Below, in pieces: positions 23,713-37,228 of a stretch of 64,000 bases of DNA. Numbering within the stretch: position 1 is the stretch's first letter; the number at the start of each line of letters is the position of its first letter. The stretch comes from Calcarisporiella thermophila CBS 279.70 (taxonomy: Eukaryota; Fungi; Calcarisporiellomycota), in assembly GCF_041956535.1 (NCBI RefSeq), contig NW_027192219.1, forward strand, positions 293,522 to 357,521. Reading direction: 5' to 3'. The notes under the pieces are model-generated. The model was not told the DNA's origin. It was given only the letters and a program-made list of their open reading frames with translations, and did no database searches. A program made the translations under genes and the position numbers.

Positions 23713-24719
23713 CCTGTACTTTAATAGAATAATGCCTATTTAGTGTAGGATAGTTTGGGTTCAATAAAGCCGACCATGCTTCCTCGGCCTTATTCTATTA
23801 AGCGCAAGCCGCCTATTCTACTACAAAGGAGGAAAAAAAAAGGCACCATTGAGTGGTGTGGATCAGTATGCAAATGCATTTAACTGCAGCTAGTGTGGCG
23901 ATGAAGCCCAGCTGAAATGAATCGGCTTGGATTTTTTCATAATATCGCAACCCATCCGATTATGGACCTCTAGCTGCACTCAAAGGGCATAATAGTACAA
24001 TGATAGACTTGGTACTTTCAAAAAAGGTTATAATGTGAATTCCTCGCCTGTTCTACTATTAGTAGGAACTTTTGTGATCCATCCTAAGGATAATAGAATG
24101 AGCCAGTTCAAGGCAGGGTGGTTCAATGAATATCTGTGATGAGGGCATTTGGATAGTAAGTCGGCGTTCAACCTCTGTTGTGACCGATAACGCTTGGGCA
24201 CTGTTTTGAAGAGTAAAGTAGGGAAATGAAATATGAGGCATAGCCCTAAATAGGCTATTACCTGCACCTTTCACTCATCACTTCTAAATATCTCCCATTG
24301 GGTATCATAAGGTGCCCTATTAAAACTTTGGTTCGCTCCATCATTGATATGCGTGGCCATTATGTTAAGCAATCCTTTTTACGATTTGGTGTCTACCGTA
24401 AAATATGTTTAGAGTGACCCGGAAGTCAACGCGGCTACACATCAAGGGCCCCGTATTAAACAGCCTAAACAGTGAAAAAATCGAGAGCAGCTGATTTTCT
24501 AAGCTCTCAGCTATACCGTTGCTGATGTTTCTTGCAATATCATTACGAAGCGACCAATCTATCTGTTCCATGACGCGCAGTTACCTTATATTTTATAATA
24601 ATTATTGGAATTCCTGTTGTCGTCGACCTTGAGAGATTCTTGCGGCTTAGATGTTCGACTCTTTTGAACTCAGCAGCAACTTAAGACAGCTTTCTAGCAA
24701 GGAATAGTGGATCGGGATC

Positions 24720-25926
24720 ATGATCGGCTATATCATCCTGATATCAGCCCTTGTGGTGGCCTACAAGACCAATCCTACGGAAGCATCGTTCCGCAACTAC
24801 ATCTCCAATGCTTCTTCTCAGAATGCTAATCGTGCGACCCTCTCATCCTGGCTCAACACCCTCCTCCCAACCCGCCCTGAATTCACGCACACGGACTACG
24901 TGTTCTTTAGCATTGTATCGGCGAAGCGGTCGAGTGCAACCTATCTTGGCTGCTTTGGGCAATGGTTCCTGGTAAGCGAGATGGTGCAACGACAAGAGGG
25001 CGGAAGAGGCGGCAGCGAGCAAGAAAATCTGGAGATGGAGGAGCGGGCCAATGCTGAGAAGGATGCGGCGGTGAAGGCAAAGGTGAAGCGGGATTACAAG
25101 GTCGCAGGCGACAGATACGTAAGCGCGGCAAAGAAATTTGAAATGGGGATGGGCGAGTACCAGCAGATGGAGGCGGCCATGTGCTATGAAGAGGCCTACA
25201 AAGCATACAAAAATGCAAAGGAGCCCGAGAGCCTAGGTGAGTGGCCGAATGGTGACTTTGTGATTTCGGGCTAGGTGAGCACTGACGCGCTTTCCATTAT
25301 TTTTCTGCTTCGCGACTCTAGAAAAGGCCCTAAACTGTCTCGACACGGCCGCCAAGCTCTTTGCCGCCCAAGGAAAACAACTCTCTCGTGCGGCACGGCT
25401 CTTTGATACCCTTGCCGAGAACCACCACCATCATCCCTATCAACCGAACCTCGACAAGGCTGCCTCCTACTACGCACAGGCGGCGGACTATTATGAGGCG
25501 GACGGCGATGGCCGCGCGTTGTTCTCGCTCTCGAAACAGGTGGAGCTGCTCCTGGAACTGAACCGATACGACCAGGCGCTCAAGCTCCTCGAAAGAGTGG
25601 TGGGAGAAGCTGAACGCGATTCCGCGCTGCAATTCAAGGTCAAAGACTACCTCCTGTGGGGACTCTTGTGTGGGGTCGGTCTTGGAGACTGGGAGGAGGT
25701 TCGGAAGATGCTCGACCGGTACGAGACGCAGCAACCGACATTTTCGGATACACGCGAGTGCACGCTGGTGCGCCAGCTGCTTGTCGCACGAGACAATGTG
25801 GATCCTGATGGGTATGGCGAGGCGTGCAAGCGGTACGACTCAATCTCGCCTCTGAAGCCGTGGCAGATTACCGCTCTGCTGAGTGGGAAGAAGGAGCTAG
25901 AGACGGAAGAAGGGAGTTTACGCTAG
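24720..25926 (+). CDS. Alpha-SNAP (Sec17)-like TPR protein fused to an N-terminal signal anchor and a DUF4359-like domain
   Basis: Exons 24720-25236 and 25322-25926. SNAP-like motifs 'AGDRYVSAA', 'AAMCYEEAYKAYK', 'SRAARL', 'YYAQAADYYE', 'FKVKDYLL', 'PTFSDTREC' and 'YDSISPLKPWQITALL'. N-terminus reads 'ILISALVVAYKTNPTEASF...DYVFFSI...YLGCFGQWF'. Confidence 0.8.
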
Positions 25927-26460
25927 AGTCCCCGCCCCCACCTTCCATGGACCGCACATTCATAACCCTGTTAGAAATAGTCGATTACCCTCCCCTCCTC
26001 TCCCCCTTCAATGTATTATTCTGCGTTAGCTGCTTTTCTATTTTCTAAAGGAAACTTTTTAATATTTTTATTTCGATTCAAAAAGAAATATGAATAGGAA
26101 CTCAAAAATAGAAGGTTTGCATAGTGAAGAAAATGAAACATGGATAAAAGAAAGAACAAAATAAAAAAGGGCCGGAACAAGGTAGACAAAAAATGGTGGG
26201 GGGCGGGGGGAGGCTAGGTGGTTGGAGAAAGTGAGCCAAACATGACACCTAGCCATTTTTATCTCAGTCAACTCCTTCTCTTTCATCTATGGACCAGTGA
26301 TGAGATGGGAAACACCATAAGGAATTGGTGGGAGAGGGGTGGGAGTAGTATAGACGCGGAGCTGAGAAAGAGAGGAAGAGAACAGAAAAAAGAATTAGAA
26401 GACCAAAAATGCTATACAAGGATATCAGGCTATATATTGCGATGCTGCTGTATGTGAAAG

Positions 26461-27541
26461 CTAGTTTGCGAGATAGTTTCCTCCACGATACCCTGTCATG
26501 TCCAGGCACCGCTTTGGAAGCACTCCCTTCACATTGCCTCGTGTGAGATTGATTCCCTGCACCCAGCCATCGTCATACTCGGTTAGAACGGTGACCTGAT
26601 CGCCCGGCTGCACTTCGAGCTCGTCTCCGAGCGTGGGGGTATAGGTTGCCACCACCGTGTAGGTTCCCTTGGGGCGGCCATTGCCCGGCTTGACTTGACC
26701 CTTTTCGCGCTGAGAGGGGGAGTCGCCGAACTCGGCCGCCGACTTTGCGATCAAGGCGCTGGTAATTTCACGACGACGACGGTACCGGGCGTACGAGAAG
26801 AATCCCACCGTCATGGCGATAAGGCCGCCCGCGCACCCGAGACCCGCGATCAGGCCGGTACTGATTCCGGTGGAGACCTGCTGTCCCTCCGCCGCGTTGA
26901 TCGATTGCATGGTGCTTTGTGCTCTTTGATGATCGGCCAGGGTGGTGCCGTGCCCTGGCACTTGGGGGCCGGGAGAAAGGGTGGGCATCGCGTTCGGCGG
27001 AAGAGCCTTTTGCCCGACTGTATCTGCCACTGAAACAATAAAGAAAATCGTTTAAAAATACGGGAAAATAAACAAAAAGAGCGCTTTGATGTTAACTACC
27101 CATCTTCTGGCCCGGAGGCGGGAGCTGGGGCACCTGCCCGCCTGGTGGAACTACCGGCCGCTGCACCTGCTGCTGCTGTTGTTGCTGCGGCAAATGGGGC
27201 GCCTGCTGCTGCTGCTGCTGTTGCTGTGGTGGTGGTTGCTGTTTTGCTGGTTCTGGAGCTGCTGCACCTACAGGTTTAGCGACATTTACATTGGCATTGG
27301 GCTTGTTTTCACCAGCACCCACGGCCGGCCGGTTGTTCTCCACGCGAGCCGGCTCTTTTGCATTGCCGGCATCACGCGGTGGCTCCGGACCTCCGGCAAC
27401 CGCTCTTTCTAAGAGGCGTCCAGCTGGGAAATGGGCTAGATGCTGGTGAGATGGAACGGTGATATCACTCTGGGTGGCAGAGATCAAAAGGATTGAGTAA
27501 GTGGCACAGAGAATAATTACAATACAATAGACTAGACGCAT
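26461..27541 (-). CDS. Single-pass membrane protein with signal peptide, Gln/Pro-rich ectodomain and cytoplasmic SH3 domain (Fus1-like topology)
   Basis: Exons 27541-27100 and 27029-26461. Hydrophobic N-terminus, TM segment 'GLIAGLGCAGGLIAMTVGFFSY' followed by RYRRRR, and SH3 motif 'YTPTLGDELEVQPGD...YDDGWVQG...GVLP'. Confidence 0.88.
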
Positions 27542-28820
27542 AGTATAGTATGTCTAAAGATGGAGGCGAAGGGCTACAAGCATTAAGAAAAGATCAGTCA
27601 AGACAAAACAAAAACGGTATGAAAGATGGGGGGCGGAAAAAAAATCTGATGAGATCCTAAGTTGCAAAAGGAGGGGCAAGATGGGCCTAAAAGATTTCCC
27701 CCTGGATTAGGCTTTAATGGGGATGGAATTGACGCGTAAGGACACAAAGGGAACAAAAGATGCCTGGCAGTACGAACAAGCAATTTGGTTTCCCAAGAGA
27801 GATGGGCAAGGAATAAATAGGGGAATGGCGATGGGGACCAAAGGAAGGAAGAATGGCGATCGATTGGGGGAGGATGGTGGAGGAGAAGCAAGCTTATAGA
27901 AAGTAGAAAACAAAAAAATAGGTACCACTGTAGCAAAGACCTGTTTTAATTAGGTGTGGCCAATCAACGCAGCCTGCATTCGATTACTTTCCTTAATGAA
28001 AACTGGGAATTCGAATTTCTCCCACTGTAGTTATAGAGGGGGGATATCCTGACTTTGCCACGATAAAATACTGACTTGGCGGACCACACTGTATTCAAAC
28101 AAAGGCATGCGTCTCTCCGCCCATCCCATCTGCTTCGTCTGCCTTCCGGGAGGCGATTATCCTTACGCGTACATCGCGTCTCTGCCCTCCTACGATTCGC
28201 ATCATGATGGAAAAGGAAACCGGCATGTCCTAAAGAAAGCGAGATGGAAGAACTGGAAAATACGTGCGGATTTCCTATTTGGTTGATGGGGATCAACCGT
28301 ACAAGGATTGGATGATCGCTCCCTTTTCTATGCGTCTATTTTTAGGCTTATTGGAAGCCATTGAAATATCGGGGTCAACCCGTGTAAAAAAGTTTTCACC
28401 ACACCGCAAGCATTCAACTACGCCGCGTAGTTTGAAAGAGTATTCACTCGAATTTACCCTCCAATGCATTTGAACACGTGTAGCTAAAAAAAGCGGCCAT
28501 TTTCATATACCAGTTTTTCTTTTCTTAGCATATTATAAGGGTAAAATGGGAACGGTTGAAGAAAACATGGGCGTCGTTCAAGGGAAAGAGACCAGTTTAA
28601 GAAAGAAAAGAAAAAAGAAATATCTACAAAAGAACCACCTAGTAATATAGAGAAATCCCTGGCCCCAGAAGAAACAAAAATGCAATAGTAAAATAATTAA
28701 AGCTACCTATGAAAGCGAAAAGGAAAATAGAAAGATATTTGATGTAAAAGACATGTAATCAATGAGGTATATAGAAGGAGGAAGAGAAAAATAGAAGGAA
28801 AAGAGGATCCACGTTGCCTA

Positions 28821-30845
28821 TTATTCTTGCTCAGCCATTTTTTTTATGACAATCCCCGGAACATATCCCTCATCGGCCCCGGGAATGGCGAACAGTGCGT
28901 CGCTTAGCTCCGCGTTGGGATTGTAGTTCGCAAAGGTGACCTCGGCCGAGAGGGTGGGAAACACGGGGATCGAGGCACGCACGGGGAAACCGGGCGGGAG
29001 TTTTGCGCTGATGAAGTCCCGCAACTTGCTTGCAAGGCGGTTCGAGCCCATGCCTAGCACCTCCAGCACAGGAAGAAACTGTTCGATTTTAAGGGGGAAG
29101 CCGCGCTGGCCCTCCCCGGCGCTCTCGTCGCACATCCACAGTGTGGCGCCAAGCACCTTGGTGCTCTCCTTCATGGCGAGAGGCCGCCCCAGATGCAGGT
29201 ACTGCGTATCGTCGGGGTTGAAATAGTCGTCGTAGGACACGCCAGGGGGAGAGGGGGGAGTCAAGGAGGGGCGAAATGTCCGTAGTTGCTTCAGCTCAGC
29301 CTCGGCCTCCTCCATAGCCGTTTCAAAGGAAGTATCATCCACCTCGTCCACCATCTCAGACCCATTGCATCGACTGGAACTAATGCTCAAGCGGGAGGAA
29401 ATGTCATCACTGCTGTGCTGCGCAATGCTATCGATATTGTTGTAGGATTTCTTGCGTGACTCCGCAGGGGTCCTCTTTTTGCGGGGGAGCCGGTGCTTGA
29501 GCTGCTCCAGGTTTTCCAGGTGTTCAGTACGCACCCGGGTGCGCAGCTCAATGCCCTCCATCCGCCAGACGGAGCACTCAAATTCGCCCACTTTCTCTTT
29601 GCGATTTGAGCGGAAGCCCCAAAGCCCTGCTTTGGAGCGCACGAACCGGATCGCAGACATGGGTATATTGGTAGCGGACTAGGAGGTAGACAGGAGAATA
29701 GAGGAGGAGGAGGAGAATGTGAGTTTTTAGTGTTATCCACTAGGTCACTAGTAAACATCGACATCAACTTACAATTTCGCTATTAAGGTTAAAGGATATA
29801 CTCTCCGCAAGATCATCCTCCAGCACGGGAGAGAATGTGCCCATCGGTGAACAAAACAGTCGTTGAGTATATTTCTTAACATGGTCCACTACCGTCAAAG
29901 TTGGCCCTAAAAACGCATAGGCGGTTAGGCGAGTTTCTCTTTGGGTCAACGGAGGAGGAAAAGCTAAGGGGGAAATACCAGTCTTCTCATCCACTTTAAA
30001 AATGAAACTAAGGCGCCCTCGGATCCATTTTAGTTTTTCAAAGCCAACTAATAAGGAAGGAGAGGGGGGGGAGTGCAAAAAATATGGGTAGAGAGAGGAT
30101 TAGAGGCCTGCAACGAGTGTGGAAATGCTTGAAATTCATCTACCTAGGGTGGTATCCATCCGTAAAGAAGAGCCTTTTTTCCAAATCAGATAGGTATCAC
30201 TTGGGCAGAGACTTGAAACAAAAGGAACTAAAATATTTAAACCGGATCAATTTGCATCATGTTCAGATAACATATCATATAAGCTTACCCCAACTCTGGA
30301 ATTGCCTAGAGTAAGGACAAAAAGAGGAGTTCAGTAATGAATATACGGCGAAGATATGAGTTATAGATTTACCAATGCAATTCCATGTAGAAATCATTCA
30401 ATTCTTTCGATAGGTTTTTAACGAGCTGTGAGGCGCGCTTCTGGAAGAAGCCGTTGAGTTCCTCCCTTTTTCTTCGCATCTATTGTCGGAGATGTCATTA
30501 AGATATCAGGTGTATATCTCCTCTATCTTGTCTGTTCATCCTTACCACAAGCTCTATTACAGTTCTATCCCCGTAGCTTGTTGCCTCTTGTAGTGCACTC
30601 CAATTTAATTTATTCCGTGACGAGGCTGACGCGCCGGCCTGTAGTAGTAATTCCACCATCTCCACACGGCCAAGCTGGACGGCTAGATGGAGAGGCGGCA
30701 TTCCACGATGGTCGGGATCATCAATGCCAGGGTAGGGCTTCTCGCGGGTATGAAATGCGAGAAGTTTGCGTAGCCGATCAAAATTATTTAGGAAAATAAG
30801 ACGATGCAGGTGCTCTGGGCCTTCGTTGAGATTGGGCTGTGTCAT
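28821..30845 (-). CDS. ANKRD13-family protein (ankyrin repeats plus GPCR-chaperone domain), multi-exon
   Basis: N-terminal ankyrin repeats 'GMPPLHLAVQLG...NWSALQEATSYGD', middle 'GFEKLKWIRGRLSFIF', 'RVRTEHL', and C-terminal 'KLRDFISAKLPPGFPVRASIPVFPTLSAEVTF'. Internal exon limits are approximate. Confidence 0.87.
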
Positions 30846-31428
30846 GAAGAAAAAGAGTGTTTGCAAAAACTATACTTAGTCAGCACTAGTGAGTCGGGGT
30901 GTGATTATCGATTAAAACTTAGTGGAAGGATTAACAAGATTAAGGTGATAGGAAGGGGGAGATGCAATATAAGCTATGGGAGAGGTATTGAACAAAGAAT
31001 GTCGATTGGAAGGAGAGACCTTTTTTGTTTTGCGACCAAGATGGAGAATTTAATTGAAACTCAGCAAGCTCATTGTTCTCTTCTTGGATCGAGTTACGTA
31101 TATGAATGACGTCGAACTTTCGTGATCACTGGTGATAAAGGGGAAAATCACCGCATATGACCGGCTCATCATGCTCTCCTGATAAAGGTGATAACCACGG
31201 CTGTTTTCCCTGCTTAATTCTTTAATTTATTCCATGACATGATAAGCACATGTATTTGGTAAGAAAGTAGGGGATGTGACTAGAGTTTCGGCGTATTATC
31301 CATAAATATACATTAAAATTCTTATCCGATAACTAAAGCCAAGCAAAAAGGATGGATGCGAAGAAAAAGGTTAAAATACATATTAAACATGGTACAAATT
31401 CTCTAATAAAACCAAAGGAAAGTGCCCA

Positions 31429-31752
31429 TTAAACGCCCCTGGTGCCTGATTTGGTTTTCGGCTCGAGACGAGGAGGCGAATGCACACTTGCCACGGCATG
31501 ATTGGGATGGAAGGAGCGAAACCGGCGGGTGCGGCGAATAAGATAAGGACGAAGGCTCAGCTTTCTCTTAGGACGGAGCCTACATTTGATATCATTCAGT
31601 GTGGGCCTCCAGTGACAATCAATATCCTGGATCCTGTTCTGAGGTAACAGCTCTCCTAACACGACTTCTAGTTTGGTAAGGATATCTTCGTTCCCTTGCG
31701 CGACTCCAGCCATGCTGAGAGCCAGGAGAAGTAGGCTAAAGAGGACTTTCAT
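31429..31752 (-). CDS. Small secreted basic protein, orphan-like (107 aa)
   Basis: Signal peptide 'MKVLFSLLLLALSMAGVAQG', two Cys and an Arg/Lys-rich C-terminal half. TATATAAA lies upstream on the minus strand (about 31901-31908). Confidence 0.6.
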   Translation of the reverse strand: MKVLFSLLLLALSMAGVAQGNEDILTKLEVVLGELLPQNRIQDIDCHWRPTLNDIKCRLRPKRKLSLRPYLIRRTRRFRSFHPNHAVASVHSPPRLEPKTKSGTRGV

Positions 31753-32785
31753 ATTCAAAGGCAACATTGATTGATCTCAATCTCGAGCTGTTAGATAGCT
31801 GAGAAAATTGGATGAATGTATCGTAGAGAATCGAATAAATACAGATGTTATATTTGACTAATTTTTCTCTAAGTGAGAAGACCGCCATGGAGTAGAGATA
31901 TTTATATAAGAATACCCGCTTGAAAATCACATCTTCCATCATCCTTACTTCTTCTCTATTAGGCGACATGGTATATCAAAATGAGCGATGCCTGCGGCTC
32001 TTCGCGTTTTATGTACTTCATAATATTCGACTGGATCAATATCAAGATGGAGGGTCAATGGTGCGTATGGAGGATGCACTCGGATCGTGAAAAAGAGGCA
32101 GCATTTACGTCACATTGGATAGCAGCTTGCACAAAATACTATGCAACCGTTATGTTTGTCATTAAACATTCAGCACTGTGGCTTTCCCTTCATTAATTCT
32201 TTCTGAAGGAAAGATGAATTCTTGGGCGAGGCCAGTGTACTTTCCATCTCGGAAATAGCTCTAAGTAGCCAATTTCCGATCAACACTGAACTGGGGCAAA
32301 TCTGCAAAGATTTTCCTCCAAAGATTTAACGTTATCTGACTCCTGTCTACACTTTGTCGATCCACAAGAAATTGAATGGATTCTTGCATGTCCGGTGTCT
32401 TTTTTCTTTCCTGCTGACTTTGTATTTTTATAGTGTGTACAGAATGTTTGTTTGATAATTCCGCACCATGGTTGCAAATCTGTATTTGAATCATTGTAAA
32501 GCTTATATAGGTTGCACCCTAAGCAATCGATAAACAAGAGTCATTGAGGAGATGCATTCTGCACTAAAGGTAATTTAGTATTATCTGGAAGCAACCATGG
32601 AGGATAGGCAAACAATGAATTTAGGATAGGTGGAGTATAGCAATTGCCAGAATATTGGCTAAGCAGACAACCATCAAGGAAGGGAAGGGGAGAAAATTGG
32701 GGCAAAACGCAGCCACAAATTGCTGTCGAAGAGCCCATCGTAATTTTCCTGCTAAATAGAGAGTTGAATTATTGTTGAGTGAATT

Positions 32786-34226
32786 ATGGGCAATCGGGAG
32801 GAAATCCAGGATCTAATCGCGAAAATCGATCCATTGCACACAGAGTTCAATGTGCTCCTACCGAAAGAGGCCGAGTATTATAATGCTAGTTGTGAATTCC
32901 GTGTTATCGAAGAGGAGCGCGCGCAGCCCCTCCGTAAGGCTGTATCAGAGGCAGAAATGAAAACGTAAGTTTTGGGATTAGCATCGGTGCCTCATATTGT
33001 TCATCGAATTGGGCATACTGCTGCCCATGTGTTAATGCCATTCCCGTCCTCACCACTGAATTAACTTTACATTTATCAAACCAAACAATTTTAGAAAATT
33101 GTGGAAATTAAAGCAACAGGATTTGCAGCGTTGGAGTCTCGTGTGGTTTTTTGCATGGATTATGGTACGCTTCAGATTTTGGTTCATTTAATTCATTATC
33201 AACTCATCTTATACCCAGTGTGACTGGAAACGCCAATGGGAAGAATCAGAGCGAGGATTAAAGAAAGCACAAAAGCGTGAGAATGATGAGCGGGATAATC
33301 TTGCAGCCGTGGAGGAAGTGCTCCAGGCGCGGAAAGATAAAGTGGGTCTAGTCTTTTGTGATGGCATTTTAAGAAAAAAAAATTCGATCTCTCTCATTTC
33401 ATTTATCTATTGTGTTGGGTAGATGGATCAAATTTCAAATGACTTTGACCGATTAGAAAGCATCAGGAACGAGGCTCATATCAAACTCGAGCAGGTAATA
33501 TTTTTTGGATCTGTCTATCCTACCATTGAGCCAGAGCTTAATTTGTGACTTTAGGTGTTTACTAAGCTCTCGTTAGAGGATGGGAAATCGTCTGCCCTGA
33601 AGGACGAGATGGATCGATTGCGAGAGCAAATCCAAGCGGTTTGTGTACTTTGTGGCCGTATTACTCGCAATGGATGCTAACTCCACACTTTTGCCTCTTA
33701 AAAGCTTACCACTGAAAATACTAAGATAGAGCGGGTGGTTGAGCTACTGACCACGGCTGACAACGCCATCTTAGAGGCCATCCTGGACCATCGCAGCAAG
33801 ACTGGCGGTGGAGCTAGAGATGGAGGGATCCTATTTCCCGATGAGGCCTACTATTCCATTCTCGATGCGCGCAAGCTGTTGCCTGAGCTGCCCGCCATCC
33901 CCAAGCCGGAATATTACAAGGAGAAGCCGGATGAGACGGGGAGTAAGTACATTTGCCTCTCGATTTTATTGGAGCCGGGCCGCTGATTAGACTTCTGTGC
34001 ATGTTTTTTCTTGTTCCTTTTTCAACCAGATTACTATACGGTTTTACAAAGTTATCTCTGGGATGTGCATGAAAATGGCGTGAAAATGCTCATCCGGTGG
34101 TGTCATGATGAAAAGTTGCGAAATTATCAGAGGGCTGCTAAACTCAGGATCGAGCTCGGGCGCACAATGTGCTCTTTGCTCAATACCCGCTATGAAATTT
34201 TACGGGGGCAGACAGAGGCTCATTAA
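32786..34226 (+). CDS. Multi-exon hypothetical coiled-coil protein
   Basis: A chain of short coding-like exons separated by GT-AG introns, from 'MGNREEIQDLIAKIDPLHTEF' to 'LLNTRYEILRGQTEAH*'. No family recognised. Confidence 0.7.
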
Positions 34227-35528
34227 TGTGCTTATTTTATTTTTTCCGTTAAGTTTTGATTTTTATTTATTTATTCTTTTTTTTTTTGCGTCTATCTAGT
34301 TTATCGCATAGCGTAACTATTTTTAATTCTGACTGATTGTATCATAACTCAATGTTGGTGTGTGTGTTTTTTCTTTATCTAGAATGGATATTCAATGAAT
34401 AATCAGGCTTGTGCCTCTAGAATTCTAATCTCGAATCAAATGAATCCGAGAAGTTCTAGTAAAAGAAGGAAATATGCTCTATATTGCTTAGCTCGCACAA
34501 TCGGCCAAGGTTTGTGTCGTTGGTTGCCCGGCCTCTGCTCTATTGCTTTTGCCCTTTGCGGGGAAGACGGGCGGACATATGGCCGAAAAAAAAAACATGT
34601 GTTGTGATACTTCTCCAGATCTTTTCCTATAACCGCAATTTCAAGCTCACAAGGAACCAAGGCGGGGCGATGGTCGCTCGAGGGGAGGCAGGGAGAAGGC
34701 TCCAGGGCAAAGCCCCGGGGCCCCTCACCCTCCCCCCCAAGAAGGCCGAAGAGGCTGGCCGAGTGGGCAACGCCTGGTTGGTCAAAGCCAAGGAGGCCAG
34801 TATCAGGGTTTGGAAACAGAGTTAATTGCGAGGAATAAGATCCAGAGAAGCAAGAAAGAAAAATAGAATTTAACAGTCGGGAGTTCCGCTTGAATTGGAC
34901 TAGTCACCGTAGCGTGATTCTGGTCGTGGCATTTGCTGCACCATCGAGGACACAATACGGGCTGAATTTACAGTCACACCAAATGGGTGCGGCGGCAGAA
35001 GAAATTCAGTGGCCAGGCCTTTATTGGGAAAAAACGATAGTCGATGCGCAATCCCGCCTTTAGAGTCCGAAGTAGATCAGAGGAACCAAGCATTTCCTCT
35101 CGCTCTGCCACTAACCTGTATTTTTAGGTTGGGGCGGGCTATTTTTATTCTCACTAGCCCCCGGCTGGCCGCGCTCATTCGGAGGCAGCGCCTCGAAGAT
35201 TTATTGTCTAACTTTTTTTCCCAAAAGTTTTCGCTGGTTATGGAATATTGGTACTGAGCATTTTTTATTTGAGTTGTACTTTAGTCTTTGATGTGCAACC
35301 CAGCACAGCGTTCTCGTTCATCCCGAGGGGAGGCCCCCAGCCCGGAAGGGAACACACGCATGCTCGCAACCATTAGCGGGTGTTCAACTGCCCATCGCCA
35401 TTGTTTAAATACCAGTGCCCCTCTGCCCTCCCCCGGCGTTTTCTCTTTAACCTTTTTCCCTCCTCTTGACTACCCACTCTTTCTTAGCATCTCTCTAATT
35501 TCCCTCACCGCTTCTCTCCTTGTCAAAA

Positions 35529-36113
35529 ATGAAATACAACAACCTCCGCTACATCCTCTTCTTCCTCGCCGTCCTCGTGGTTGCCGTTGCCGCCTCCCCC
35601 GCCATGGTTGAGGGCCAGAACGCCGTCGGCATGGTCGCCTTCGACAAGCGTGCTCCTCAAGACAAGAAGGAGGACAAGAAGGAAGACGACAAGAAGGACG
35701 AAAAGAAGGATGACAAGAAGGACGACAAGGCCGGCAAGGACAAGCAGGCTGGCGCCTCCTCCGCCGCTGCCTCCGCTAGCGCTCCCGCCTCCGGCTCTGC
35801 CTCGGCCTCCAAGCCCGCCACCGGTGCCACCTCCCTCCCCAGCGCCTCTGGTGTCTCCTCCGTCTCTGCTCCCTCTGGCTCTGCCTCGGCCTCTGGCTCT
35901 GCTTCTGCCTCGGCATCCGCCCCTGTTTCATCCGCAGCTGCCTCCTCTGCTGCCTCCTCCAAGCCCGCCTCCTCGGCTGCTTCTGGCTCCTCTTCTGCTG
36001 CTGCCCCCGCTGCTTCTGGCAACCCCCCCAAGTCTTCCTCCGCCATGTCCGTCAAGCCCGCCGCCGTTGGCTTCGCCGCCATCGCTGGCTTCGTTGCCAT
36101 GTACCTCCTCTAA
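35529..36113 (+). CDS. Secreted Ser/Ala-rich, probably GPI-anchored cell-surface protein
   Basis: Signal peptide, Kex2-like 'DKR' site, a K/D/E repeat block, an S/A-rich stalk and a hydrophobic C-terminal tail after 'SSSA'. Strong codon bias; TTTAAATA upstream at about 35404. Confidence 0.85.
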   Translation: MKYNNLRYILFFLAVLVVAVAASPAMVEGQNAVGMVAFDKRAPQDKKEDKKEDDKKDEKKDDKKDDKAGKDKQAGASSAAASASAPASGSASASKPATGATSLPSASGVSSVSAPSGSASASGSASASASAPVSSAAASSAASSKPASSAASGSSSAAAPAASGNPPKSSSAMSVKPAAVGFAAIAGFVAMYLL

Positions 36114-37228
36114 AATATTTAATTTCCTATAGATAATTTTGGTCGGGTGCCTTAGTTTTTAATTACATGGAAGTGGTTAATGTTTTGTTCTAGGCGAGTA
36201 GAGTTTGTTATTATGAGTCGAGGTTCAAGTAGCTCGTAATACTTTTATTTCGTTCGTACTTTTCTCTTTTGTCCAGAGGAGGCCTGGTTCCTCCTTGATA
36301 TCCTCTTTTCTTCTCCTTTGTACGTTTTCAATATTTATTAAAACCTTTTCTATTAAGACGCTTCAAATCTCAAAGGTTTGTCTATACATTCCCTATTTTT
36401 AAGTTTTCTCTTTGCTCCGCAAGTGTATCAATTAAAGCGAGGTTGCACAAACTCTCGTCTCCCATGACTCGTCAGCGGAGCACTAATGGAAGATGCACGA
36501 ATGATGGCGGCCCTAGTTTTATTGTTAAGTAACGTTTTCTTGTTGCGGAGATCTCCGCGCTTTTTCTCACCTCCATTTGTTGTGACGTTTGGTGCGGATC
36601 GATAACAGCGTTGCGAAACTACGCTGTGAATGCCTCTAAGTAGCGGTGGAGGGAAAAGGAGCTCTTCTACGTTGGAATTTGAATTCCAGCCAATTGGCCG
36701 GAATTTTTAATTTCTAATTTTTGGAAATCTCTGCTTTATTATGACTGTTGCGAACGGTATTTATTTGTAATGGTATGCTATGGAAAGGGTAATTGCCAAC
36801 CAGGTTCGGGTTGCGTCACGAATGCGCCAGAGAGGGTTTGGCCTAGAGTTCTGTGGTAATTAAAAACGGTGCATACGTAAATTCTGCGATGGCCGTATTG
36901 TCGCCAAAGTCGCGTAAATCCCATTCTGAACGGGATCGTAGCTCACTGCAAAGAATGTTATTTCTCTACTTGAAAACGGGAGGAAAGCGCTTTTGTTTCT
37001 TTTACACTTCAATTGCTCCCTGGTGGACAGTCTCCCTCATCCTTCACACACCCCACTTCACCCCCCTTTCCTTCCCTTTGTATTATTGCACTTGGAAGGC
37101 TTTAATATCTATTCTATTCATTCATTGCCTTGTAGAAGCGCTTTGACATAGTTGCCATCCATATACTCTCGCAACATCACGTTTATTTTTACCTCTGGAC
37201 ATATACCATTATATACAGTAATCAGCTT

